Origin: Mustelus asterias
Taxonomy: Eukaryota
NCBI RefSeq assembly: GCF_964213995.1
Contig: NC_135802.1
Coordinates: forward strand, 71,920,001-71,984,000
Direction of reading: 5' to 3'
Length of the DNA stretch: 64,000 nt
Below are positions 36,456 through 47,849 of this stretch, piece after piece (position 1 is the first letter of the stretch; each line of letters starts with the position of its first letter). The position numbers were made by a program, and so were the translations under genes. The notes beneath the pieces are model-generated. The model searched no databases and was not told where the DNA came from. It saw only the letters and a list, made by a program, of their open reading frames with translations.

Positions 36456-37868
36456 AGTTTACACCATTTGATCACTGATCGAAGGGCCGAATGGCCTATT
36501 CCTGCTTCTAGTTTCTATGTTTCTATGCTGAAGGGATGATGGTGGATGGGCAATGGCAAACATTCAAAGAGCACGTGGGTGTTCATATCTGGTGTAAAAA
36601 TAAAATGGAAAGGTGGCCAAACCACGGTTACAAGGGAAATTAGGGATAGTTTTAGATCCAAGGAAGAGACATACAAATCGACCAGAAAAAAACAGCAGAC
36701 CTAAGGATTGGGAGTAGTTTAGAATTCAGCTAAGGAGGACAAAGGTATTGATTAAGACAGGGGAAAGTAGAGTACAAGAGTAAGCTTGCAGGTAACATAA
36801 AGACTGACTGTAAAAGCTCCGTGATATGCAAAGAGAAAAAGATTGGTGAAGACAAATGTAGGTCCCGAACAGCCTGAAACAAGGGAATTTATAATGGGGA
36901 ACAAAGAAATGGCTGACCAATTAAATACATACTTTTATTTGTCTTCACAAAGGAGGGCACAAATAATGCACCAGAAATATTGGGGAACATGAAGTTTAGT
37001 GAGAGCGTGCAACTGAAGGAAATCAGTGTTAGTAGGAAAATTATGTTGGGGAAATTGATGGAATTGAAGGCCGATAAATCCCCAGGGCCTGAGAATCTAC
37101 ATCCCAGAGTACTTAATAAAGTGACCCTGGATACAGTGGATGCATTAATCTTCCAAAGTTCTATAGATTCTGAAACAGGATAGGAGTGTAGCCAATGTCA
37201 TCCCACTGCTTAAAATGAAGGTAGAGAGAAAACATGGAATTATAGACCAATCAGTCTGTCACCAGTAGTGTGGAAAATTCTAGAGTCCATTTTCAAAGAT
37301 TTTATCGCAGAGCACTTGGAAAACAGTGGAAGAATTTGACAGAGTCAGCATGGATTTACAAAAGGAAAATCAAGTTTGAGAAATCTATTGGAATTCTTCG
37401 AGGATGTAGCTGGTAGAGTTGATGAGGGGGAGCCAGAGAATGTGGTTTATTTGGACTTTCAGACAAGGTCCCATGTAAGAGAATAGTGTGTAAAATTAAA
37501 GCGCGTGGGATTGGGGGTAGTGTATTGAGATGGATAGAAAACTGGTTGGCAGACAAAAAACAAAGAGTAGGAATAAACAGGTCTTCTTCCAAGTAGCAGG
37601 CAGTGACTCGTGGGGAACCACAGGGAGCAGTGCTAGAACCACAGCTGTTCACAATATATGTTAATGATTTAGATGAGGGAACTCAGTGTATCTCCAAATT
37701 TGCAAATGGCACAAAGCTGGGTGGGAGGGTGAGCTGTGTGGAGGGTGCAGAGATGCTTCCGTGTGTTTGGACAAGCTGAGTGAGTGGGCAAATGCATGGT
37801 AGATGCAGTATAATATGGATAAATGCAAGGTTATCCACATTTGGTTAAGCAGTTAAGGCCAAAATATT

Positions 37869-37970
37869 CTTACAAAGGGTCATCCAAACTTGAAACGCTA
37901 GCGCCTGTAGAGAGAGAATAGAGCTATCAGACCTGCTCAGGTTTTCCAGCATTTTCTGTTTTTATTTCAG
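37869..37970 (+). mobile_element. Penelope-like mini-insert (family B) with ~13-bp TSD
   Basis: aagggtcatccaaacttgaaacg (hammerhead-like remnant) and cagacctgctcaggttttccagcattttctgtttttatttcag; flanks aggccaaaatatt / aggccaaaacatt. Confidence 0.65.
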
Positions 37971-39373
37971 AGGCCAAAACATTGTTTTTTTTAAAGGAGT
38001 TAGATATAACTCTTGGGGCAAAGGGGATCAAAGGAAATCGGAGGAAGGCGGAATCAGGCTATTGAGTTGGATGATCAACCATGATCATAATGAATGGCAG
38101 AGCAGGCTCAAAGGGCAAAATGGCCTATTTCTGCTCCTATTTTCTATGTTTCTATGAATCTACACCATGCTAATGCAGCCTTTCCAATATGAAAGATATG
38201 TGGTTTGGCTTCCAGTCTCTTATCTGCCAAATTCCTAAATAGCCTGACATGCTTTTGCACTGTAATAATAATTCTAGTTTTGTAATCAGCCATTTTTTCC
38301 TTTCGCTTATGAGTTGTCCTCGGCCTACCAACCGGATCTGATTCCCAGCTTCAGTTCCATACTGTATTCTCAGCTTGGCAATACCCACCCCTGACATTGC
38401 CCAATCCCTCTTGTGACTGGAATATCCAATCGTACTGCTTTAAAAATAGATATGCATGTCTTCTTCATATTGCAATTCTGATATAATTTAAAGTAACCAA
38501 GTTATGAATTGCAATTTCTAAATGCAGTGCTGCAACAAAGTGCTTTGCAGATAATCAGAACACTTAGGCTGGGCAACACTGATAGCACTCAAGTGTTCAG
38601 TCACCGGTTTTATTTGATTTACTTAATACTCACAGGAAGAGGAGATGGAGAATGAATTACAGGTCGTATTTTGGTTTTTTTTTAACAGAAGGGAGAGGAT
38701 GATAGAATTTCTGCTCTTAATATCCATGTAGGAGATTAGATCAATTTGGATTTTTTAGGTTTTCATGTTTTAAAAAAAAACCTGCTGCAGATTAAACACT
38801 GCTTTTTATATCTCAGTAATCTTCCTAAATTCTAATTTCACTGCACAAGTGTGACATAACTGAAATTTAACACAATATTTTTGTATTATTAGCAACTAAG
38901 TACAGGCAGACATGAATTGGGACTGCTGCTAAAACTATTTTCTATCTTGTCAATTATATTTGAACAGAAAATGGCCATGTATACAAAGTACCCAAATGCA
39001 TCCTGTGCTCTAATGTTGCAGAAATGTATTTATACTATCATTCTCTACTTTAATGACACTCATTTTATTTTTCCTGGTTTTTTAGTTTAGGGCTGTAATT
39101 ATCGTCAGATCTCCACAAACTCATAATCTCCTGAGTTTAAAATGCTATTAACTGTTAGAATCAGAAGTCAGGTCCTCCCAGTCAAATCAATGATAAATCA
39201 CCAACACCTAATTGGTACTCCTGGGGCTGGATTCTAATAAACATTAAGCCTAGTTTATGTAATCTTATTGGTTGGATACTCGGCTAAGTCATTACAAATG
39301 AATGGAACTGAACCTATGGAATTGTATTTCTACTCTGTCAGTAACAAATGATTTGTCTGAAATTGGATTAAAT

Positions 39374-40027
39374 AGGTGGAATCTTGTGGAGGCAATCTTC
39401 GGGATCACAGCCACTGGCTGAAGAGCCAGAGAAAGGCTTACGTCACCTCGTCTCAGGAAGGCTCGCTGCATCTGGTTCCATTCAGGCACTTAATAGGCCA
39501 ACAGTAGGCCTTTCCCCATGAATGAGGATCCCGGGAAAGGAAGTCCCAGCAGCCAAGAGCTTCTAGCCGATCAAAGGCCGGTAGCTCTATTGAATGGCAG
39601 TGCCACTGCCCAAGGTGCATGAGTGTTGCCTGATCTCAGGCTAGAGCTGGATGATGGCATTGGATGGGTTGAGGGGAATGTGGTTGGCAGCAAGGGCTCT
39701 TAACAGGCCCACTCCTGCTCAATGTTGGGTCCCTCAATTAGGCACTGAGTGCCAATAAATGAGGGACCCCCCTCGTGTTGTCCACAAGCAACCCAGTGCT
39801 GATTTGCTTGCCATGCTCCCTGCATAGCCAGCCGCTGAGCTAACAGCAATGAGGTCTTTAAGTAGGCATTAATAGCCCATTTAAGGGCCTTGTTTAGCAG
39901 TGGGCCATCCACAGACTTAAATAGAATGAAGAGCAAGGTGATAGGGACCACAACCACCAAGCTCCTGCCTGATTGAATGTACTTTCACCACTAAACCTAC
40001 CACATAGGAGCGTACAAGATTCCATTC
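39374..40027. mobile_element. MITE-like element
   Basis: TIR ggtggaatcttgt / acaagattccatt. Confidence 0.6.
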
Positions 40028-40233
40028 ACTTTGTCGGAAAAGCAAACTCAAAACAAAAACAAATTTATTTCTGTTGAAAAAACATGGGTGCATAATTATC
40101 TGCTCTCGGTATCAGTGGAAAAGATCCAGATTAGCAATCCTTTGGCCTTGGACAACAATCATTTGGGCCCACTCTGCATTCTTACAATGATGATATTTAT
40201 GAAGAATCTACTGCTTCACCCCTTTCTGACAGT

Positions 40234-40653
40234 GGGGGATTTTCCGCTCCTGTCTTCGGGGGTGGGATCAGTGATAGGGACCGACAATCCCATGGGAGTC
40301 CGGAAACTGGTTTTATGCCAATGGGATTTCCCATTGCGACTGTCCCTGCCAGTGCCAGGGGCTGTTCCCTGTCCAGGGTGGGAGGGGAGAGGGGGGAGGA
40401 GGTGAGTTCTGTGAGGGGAACAATCCTATTTTTATTTTTTAAGTGTGCCCCAATCTTTTAAAAACCTAATTTTCTGTGGGGATGGGCTGAATCAGAGCCC
40501 ACCTCGCCAGCATGACATTGTGGAACTTACCTCTTAGTTTTTTTTAACTGTATGCCTAAAATTTCAGCAAGGAAGCCGCCCTTGGAGCCTGTGGCTTCCA
40601 CCCATTTTTCACGCCCGCTGGGACACACTTCAGAAAATAAGAAAGTTCCACCC
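40234..40653. mobile_element. MITE-like element, 3-bp TSD AGT
   Basis: gggggattttcc ... gaaagttccaccc; AGT at 40231-40233 and 40654-40656. Confidence 0.65.
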
Positions 40654-41129
40654 AGTATTTTTAAATTACAGAATATTTTGGTACTGCAGTTTATATATAG
40701 TTTTACTGCATTATGGAAAATTTTGCTCGAGACCTCACGTTTGCACATAGCCTGGGCACAGACCCCATAGGTACATACATTAATCTACCCCTGCAGTGGT
40801 GCTTTCAAAAAATGGGTAATTTTTGTCCTTGTGAATCATTAATAGTCATCATTTAGTCTCACTGTTTGAATGCTGCTTAAAACACTACAGAAGTGCAATG
40901 GGGGAAAAAAACAAAGGATTCATTCACCTGTGAAATTTAAATTTCACAACATGCACCAAGATAAAGCTGTAGCAATTTAAATGAAGGGTGTAATTAGTGA
41001 AAGTAATTTGTCAGTTATTTCCTGCTTTTGCAAATATGTTTGCTTTCTTAGGAAGAACTCTAGAAATAAATCAGAAATTGAGACCTGTGCTATATCCATC
41101 ATCTGACTCTTAAACTACACTTTAAAATA

Positions 41130-42080
41130 GATACACAGCACAGAAACAGGTCATTTAGTCTGACTAGTCTGTGCTGGTGTTTATACTCCACAGTCTATTC
41201 ATTCGATATCATCACAGTCTTTCAGCATATGATTCTATTCCCTTACTATTATATCTGCTCTAGTTTTTTTTAAACATCTAAGCTGTATAGCGCGCAAGAA
41301 ACAATATTTTTCACTGTATACTAATACGTGTGATAATAATAAATCCAATCAAAGCTATTTGCATCAGCTACTTTCTGTGGTGGTGACTTCCATATCCTAA
41401 TCACTCTGAGTAAGGACATTTCTCCTTATTCTCCATCGAATTTATTGATATCTTGTGTTCATAGCTCTTGGTTTTGAATTGTCCCACAAATGAAAACATT
41501 GGGGGCGATCTTACCAGCTCGTGCTGACAGTTGATTCACATGGTGAGCCGTTAAGATCAGGCAAGAGGCAAAAAATCAGGTTTGTGCCTGGTTTTTCACT
41601 CTCACGATGTTACTGGCTCTGTTTTGCCGGCACGATCAAGCCAATTTCAATATTCATTACTTCATTTAACTATAATTAGTGAGTGCCAGACGATATCGTC
41701 TTGGCTCACGTGCTCTTACCTGTTCACTGGTTGAGATCCTCCCCGGCGACCATCACGTACGGTCCCCGTCAACGGGAACCAGACGTGATAGCCTCACCAG
41801 TGGGACCGGAGGCCATTGAAGCCCCCCACATGGTTGGTGGCAGGGTTGGGCAGTGCCCCTTGGGTGGTGCCAGCCTGGCACCCTGGCAGTGCCAAGGGGG
41901 GGGGGGGGCTGGACCAGAGGGGATGGGGCCTGAAGAGGTGGGGCCATGAAAGGGGGAGCTCCGTAAGAAGGTGGGAGAAAGGGGGAACTCTGTGATTCTC
42001 ACGATTTTCACACTCGTTCGGCACTGAGAATTATTTTTGATAAGATCGCCCCATTCTCTTTCGGTTCTACCAAGTTCGAT
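41130..42080 (-). mobile_element. Decayed CR1 3' end containing a Rex1 tail fragment (~41285-41352) and a MITE
   Basis: cacagcacagaaacagg tail; tatagcgcgcaagaaacaat...ataataataaatc matches the Rex1 tail at ~45928-45990. Confidence 0.6.
41501..42052. mobile_element. MITE with 12-bp TIR and ATT TSD
   Basis: ggggcgatctta / taagatcgcccc; ATT at 41498-41500 and 42053-42055. Confidence 0.85.
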
Positions 42081-42659
42081 TCTAATTTGCAGGCAATTTA
42101 TGAGGAGTATGTCACACATTTAGTCACCTTCCCTTCCCTGAGCTGTTGAATAATACATGAAAATTTTAGAAAAGAGATAGCCTCAAAACTCTAATGATAA
42201 AAAAAGGTATATTTTCACAATTTGAACAGCCACCTGATAGGATTCACAACACTTGTTAATGATGTATTTAATCATTAATAATTACACAATAGTTCCAACA
42301 AAGTCAACCCCAATTGGAATTTCGAATACGTTTTCCTGGGGATGAAACCATTATAGCAAAACCAGCTCACCTTCTGTGGATGACAATGACCCAGAGTTTG
42401 CTGGTTCGTCAAACTATGTCAAACTGTCATACATTTCTTTGAAGCAGCAATGAATTTTCTGCCAGCAAAACATGTAATCTTAAATACTTTGAACATTTAA
42501 TGAAAATTGTCAAATTACCTCATGTGGAAAAAGTGAAAATATTGGGTAGTATTGGATAAACAAGACTTGGAGTCTTTTTATCGGTACATTTTATGTACAT
42601 TTTGGAAATTCTACTTGTTGCTAAAGATAGCACGTATCTGTATGTACAGGGATACAGAC

Positions 42660-43240
42660 ACATAATGATTATGTGACTGGGCTAGTAATCCATAGGTTTG
42701 AACTAATGGTCTAGAGAAATGAGTTCAAAACTCATAAGGCAGCTGGAGAATTTAAATTTAGTTACTGAAATAAATCTGGAATAAAGGCTAAATCAGAAAT
42801 GGTGACTGTGAAACTACTGACTGTCAAAAAACCATTATCCTAATGTCCTTTAGGGAAGGAAATCTACCATATTAACTCAGTCGGGCTCATAGCAATGTGG
42901 TCTACTCTTAACTGACCTCTGAAATAACTAAGCAAGCCACTCAGTTGTATTTTAGAAATATTCTGATCAATTAGGAATGGGCAATAAATTGCTTCTCGGC
43001 TTTTTGGCTAAGATCAAGCATAGGATTAAATGTGGGATCAGGTGTAATGCCTGTTCTTGTCAGCTTGGATCTAGTGTATCTTGTTTTGTGCGGACCATGA
43101 AGTGGAATTGGTTTTTGGAGGAAGCAAGGAGATGGAGTAAGGGCTTTCCCTGCCTTCTCTGCGGATTGGTTTTTTAACTCTTGAGAAAGGAATCCTGACC
43201 TTGCCATTGATGCCGCATCTGATGAATGATCAAAAAATAT
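42660..43240 (+). mobile_element. tRNA-derived SINE (9809 family) interrupted in its tail by a U2-like insert
   Basis: taatgtcctttagggaaggaaatctacc body; tail caattaggaatgggcaataaat, resuming as cctgaccttgccattgatgcc at ~43194. Confidence 0.75.
42988..43168 (+). pseudogene. U2 snRNA-derived sequence (divergent, internally duplicated)
   Basis: attgcttctcggctttttggctaagatcaag vs U2 5' ATCGCTTCTCGGCCTTTTGGCTAAGATCAAG; then gatcaggtgtaatgcctgttcttgtcagctt, Sm-site-like ggtttttggag, and ggagatggagtaagggcttt. Confidence 0.85.
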
Positions 43241-44066
43241 ATGAACCATGAATATGTACTAAATATAAAAAGTGTTTCATAAATTCTTTAAAAAGAAAAT
43301 CCAGTCCTGATAAAATAATTTTAATTAAGTAATTAGCAGTCCCAAAAAATGGCATAAGGTGGAGCCCGGGCATTTATAATGCTTATGTAATTGAGAACAG
43401 TTTGATTAATATATTTAGAGAGCTATTTACATTATAAAGGTAGTTTATCATTAAAAATGTATTGGGAAAAGTGACATGATGTTTAAAATTTTTGAGACAA
43501 GCTCATTTGGATCTATTCCTTTGATGATTTTAATTGCTTTTTTCCTTTAACAATGTGGTCATAAAAAGGAATGACTGCATCAAGTAATACAAATACTGAA
43601 TTCGTTCAATAGTGTAGAATGACCTGATATTTGACTTTCTGTAGCAACCCAAAGCTTAAATCCACAGCAGGACAAAAAAAGCTTAAATTGCATCGAAAAG
43701 ATCACTTGATTGTTTTTAAGCAACATTTTTACTTTTGTACGTAATATTGATGTCACTCAGTTCAATTGTGTCCAAGAATAAAGCTTGCAGATAAGGTTTA
43801 TATAAAGATCTGTCAAAGACAAATAGTGCCGTCATGCCTAAATTGATCTCATTCCTTAATTACAAATAGCTTCGGCTTTTAACCTCCCTGATCTGACCCT
43901 GCCCATATGGATCGTGTGCACTGAAGTTCATCCCATTACACATGTAAAATCTTGGTATATGGAAATCTTTACCATTTTTAAAAATATAGTTATTATATTA
44001 TACAGTTTTATAACTGTCTGAGAATAGGTAAGCAGCTGAATTGTCACCCCAATTGGGAATGAATAT

Positions 44067-44683
44067 GGGTGGACATGTAATTTTATGCTTCTGATTAGCA
44101 TGCTGGTTTACCATTGCCATCTTACCCTGAGCTATTTTCCTGGAAGTGGGATTGGAGGACGGATTACCCACTGTGAGATGGGAATGATCGGTAGTTGATT
44201 AAGGTGAGTAACTAAGGCCAATTATCAGAGGCCAACTGGAAGTTTTCAGTCAACCTGTGAGTCCTCTGGTGTCACGAGCTGGGCAGCTTCCAGCAATTGG
44301 TCTCCTGACAGCAGATTGGGATGCCTGCACTCCAGGCAGTCTTTGAGCCTCTCACTCCTTCCTATCTGGCCATAGCTGTAGATAACCCAGCAGGTGTGGG
44401 CATTTTTAAATTCAAAAACATTAAAACTTGCAATGGGCACTTCAAATTTCAGGGCCGTCTGTTACCCTACCTGTAATTGCAGATTGCAGCTCCTATATAG
44501 GAAGGCATCACCTTGGCCATCCAACTTCAAGAGCATCCCCCCTCCCCACCCCATAATGAATTGGATGGCAAGTCCACCCTCTGGACATTATTTGGTCAAG
44601 TCAGGGAAAATCATTGCTGGGTTAGTGCAAGTTCACGACCCTCATTTGACCCTGATGTCAGGTTCCAGTCCAAAATCCTGCCT
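44067..44683. mobile_element. Degenerate MITE-like element
   Basis: Ends aaaatcctgcc; shares composition and motifs (attaaggtgag...aaggccaatta) with the left part of the Harbinger at ~24280. Confidence 0.4.
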
Positions 44684-45265
44684 CAGTTTGTGAATGCAAT
44701 AACCTAAAAAGTTGATGGCAAAAGGATTCAACAAATGCAGATTTAGAAATTATTCAGATTTAATGTAAGTAATGCAAGTGTCTACTAGAAAACAAATTTA
44801 AATTTTTGCTTGCTACTCCTGATTTGACAAATGGCCACAGCGATCATCCATGAAGTTTACTGTATTTACACAGGTTCTGTTAAAGCCAAAAATATTAGAA
44901 ATACACAGCAAGAAATTCAAGTTCTGGAAAGGGTAATGGCGGATTATAAGGTTTCCGGCATTCAAAATACCATAATCTAGAAAAGGAAGAAAGAAGACAC
45001 TTTTGCAAAAAGTTTACAACATTTATTTAGTGCCTTTCGTATCCAAAGGGCATCACAAATCACTATATAGCCAATAAAGAGCCTCAATTTTATTTTTACT
45101 GAATCTAACTAACCTGTTGTTTATTTCTATTATTTCTCATTTAGTATCTCTCATTTCCAGCACTTAAAGCTGGAAATTCTCAGTCAGAAAGACATTACAA
45201 AGCCTAGAAGGAATGGAAATCTTTTATTTAAACCATCTAACAATCTACTGATTTTCTATCCATTC

Positions 45266-46035
45266 GGGGAAGTGATGATGTAGTGGTAGTATCAGTGGTC
45301 TAGTAATATAGACGCCCAGTCTAATCCTGTGGCAACATGGGTTCAAATCCCACCTTGGAAGTGGGTGGGATTTAAGTTCGATTAATAAATCTGGAATTGA
45401 AAGCTAGTTATTGCAATGGTGCCATGAAACAACCATTGATTTTTGTAAAACAAAACCTTTCTAGTTCACTAATTTCCTGTAGGGAAAGAAATCTGCCAAA
45501 CCCTATCTGGTCTGGCCTACATGTGACTCCAGACCCACAGCAATGTGTTTGACTCTTAACTGCTCTCCGAAATGGCCTAGCAAGCCATTCAGTTCAAGAA
45601 CGATTAGGATTGGGCAACAAAATGCACGCAAACCAGCCTCCCAGCCATTGACTCTGTCCACACTTCCCGATGCCTCGGCAAAGCACCAGCATAATTAAGG
45701 ACCCCACGCACCCCGGACATTCTCTCTTCCACTTTCTTCCTTCGGGAAAAAGAAACAAAAGTCTGAGGTCACGTACCAACCGACTCAAGAGCAGCTTCTT
45801 CCCTGCTGCTGTCAGACTTTTGAATGGACTTACCTTGCATTAAGTTGACCTTTCTCTACACCCTAGCTATGACTATAACACTACATTCTGCACTCTCTCG
45901 TTTCCTTCTCTATGAACGGTATGTCTCTATAGCGCGCAAGAAACAATACTTTTCACTGTATGCTAATACATGTGACAATAATAAATCAAATCAAATCAAA
46001 TCAAAAAATAGCCAGTGACACCCACATCCTATAAT
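45266..46035 (+). mobile_element. tRNA-derived SINE (9809 family) interrupted by a Rex1 3' end
   Basis: gggttcaaatcccacc B-box; agggaaagaaatctgcc body; tail split at gggcaacaaaatgc| ... |gccagtgacacccacatcc. Confidence 0.8.
45625..46005 (+). mobile_element. Rex1/Babar LINE 3' end
   Basis: IIKDPTHPGHSLFHFLPSG ... RLKSSFFP codons; (aaatc)n tail. Confidence 0.85.
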
Positions 46036-46260
46036 GGAAGAAAATACCCATGAACTTTCTTGCTGGTTGGTGTATCTGTTATGATATTCTTTTATCCTCC
46101 ACGTCCTTTTTTCTTATTGTGCTGAAACGTTTGTTTATCTTTCAACTTTAAGTTCTGAGGAAGGCTGTCCAAAATATCAACTTGCCATTTTCCCCCATAG
46201 CTGTTTGCTTTGGCGCAACTTGTGTTCCTATTTAGTATTTGCTTCAGATAGCCAGCATTT

Positions 46261-46562
46261 GGGAGGCTGGTTTGCATGATGGATTGGGCTACATTCACGA
46301 CCTTTTGTAGTTTCTTGCGGTCTTGGGCAGAGCAGGAGCCATACCAAGCTGTGATACAACCAGAAAGAATGCTTTCTATGGTGCATCTGTAAAAGTTGGT
46401 GAGAGTCGTAGCTGACAATTTCCTTAGTCTTCTGAGAAAGTAGAGGCGTTGGTGGGCTTTTTTAATGATAGTATCAACATGGGGGGACCAGGACAGGTTG
46501 TTGGTGATCTGGACACCTAAAAACTTGAAGCTCTCGACACTTTCTACTTTGTCCCCATTGAT
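46261..46562 (-). mobile_element. Rex1/Babar LINE internal fragment (DUF1891-like region)
   Basis: TLTNFYRCTIESILSGCITAWYGSCSAQDRKKLQKVV. Confidence 0.85.
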
Positions 46563-46989
46563 GTTCTCCTGAGTGTTTAGCTCATTAAATTATATGTGTT
46601 GATAAAGGGAGTAACCCTAATTCTAAAAATCTGAATATCTGAAATGTGAAAGTACTGTAATGCACAGAACATTATTGGGCACCTGAAATAGAAGGAATTG
46701 TGACCTTTTATCAGAATCTGCGCTAACAAGTTGAGAAATTTTTAAAAGGGCACCATTCTTTATTTAGTTATCCAAGGAGAACCAGCTTTGGATGCCCCTC
46801 TTCGCTCCCTCATAGTAGTTGATGTATTTAGTTTGTACCCCAAATTACTTTCCCCTTGAAGGCCTTGCATTGCTTATTTGCTGTTTTATCTGCTAGTCTT
46901 TATTTCCATCAACTCGAAGCAGATCTTTAATAAAAACAGAAAAGCTGGATAAACTCAACAGGTTTGCCAGTATATGAGAGAGAGTTAAC

Positions 46990-47849
46990 GGGCAGAATTG
47001 TCCCAAAAGATAACTTGATTGTCATCTCTGGCAGGGAAAGCGGTGTGAATTCCGCCGGGTGGGTTGGCGCAATCCAGATCGCAATTCATCCACTCTTCAT
47101 TTTTTGGAGCTTCGGGAGATTTCCACAATTTTTTGAAGGTTGGGGTGATTCGTGCCATGAGAGGGTTGTACAGGACCAAAAGATGCCAGCAAGACCAGTT
47201 CCTCAGAGATCGGGGCACCATTTTTAAACAACTCTGTAGCTTACCTCTCACTCCCTGGCACCAACCCCCCACCCCCACCTTCCCATTGCTGATACCAACA
47301 GTTGCCCCCAAAGTTTTTAAAAACCTGGCTTTGGGATTATCCGAGGCCCCTACTTTTCACGCGCCCCCTCCCCCCCCCCTTCATACTCCACCCCCCTTCA
47401 GGCCCTGCACCATAGCTGGAACTGCCCCCTGGAGCCTTGGCAGTGCCAAGCATGCCAGGGACTGTGTAAGGTCACTGCCCAGCCATGATCCTGATCACCT
47501 GGGGGCTTCAGTGACTTCCGAGCCTCCTGCATGACCATCATGCCTGGTCTCCATTTGTGGAGACCAGTAGTGCTTTACCGGGTCCCCATTGTTCCAGAGG
47601 ATCGATGAACCCCAGGAGCCGGGTGAATTTGGTTTTAAACCAACCCTGCATATGTAAATGAGGATTTTAAATACGCTAATCTGGTTCGTGCCTTTGCTGG
47701 GCGTGAACCAGATTACATTGGCATGAAAAGGGAGGCTAGGGGTAGAATCCAAAAAGCATTCCTGTGCAAAACATGTTTGGCCCCTCTCGTGATATTCTCC
47801 GGCCATAACGTGATTTGCGTTTGGACACGTGGGGCTGGAGAATCACCCA
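46990..47849. mobile_element. Non-autonomous TIR element (family M2), TSD AAC, inside a Penelope family-B remnant (~46925-47915)
   Basis: gggcagaattgtcc ... ggagaatcaccc; AAC at 46987-46989 and 47850-47852; reverse complement of the 29558-30465 element. Confidence 0.8.

Larger units (their letters stand above)
31611..36527 (+). mobile_element. Inner 5'-truncated CR1 (31611-32111, 33264-33375, tail 36465-36527)
   Basis: ORF 31704-31895 (QRDLGVLVHQSLK...LVRPHLE); tail gtttctatgtttctatg ending at 36527. Confidence 0.8.
31320..38155 (+). mobile_element. Outer CR1 ORF2 pseudogene (31320-31610 and 36528-38155)
   Basis: APE end (SDHNMIEF) joins as gggaaatatcact|gaagggatg; RT motifs ADKSPGPE, QHGF, KFAN; internal deletion near 37840; tttctatgtttctatg tail. 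Confidence 0.85.

Noticed and set aside
42988-43168. Functional U2 snRNA gene
   Set aside because: Branch-point recognition sequence altered, internal duplication, no recognisable 3' stem-loop IV, and embedded in a SINE tail.
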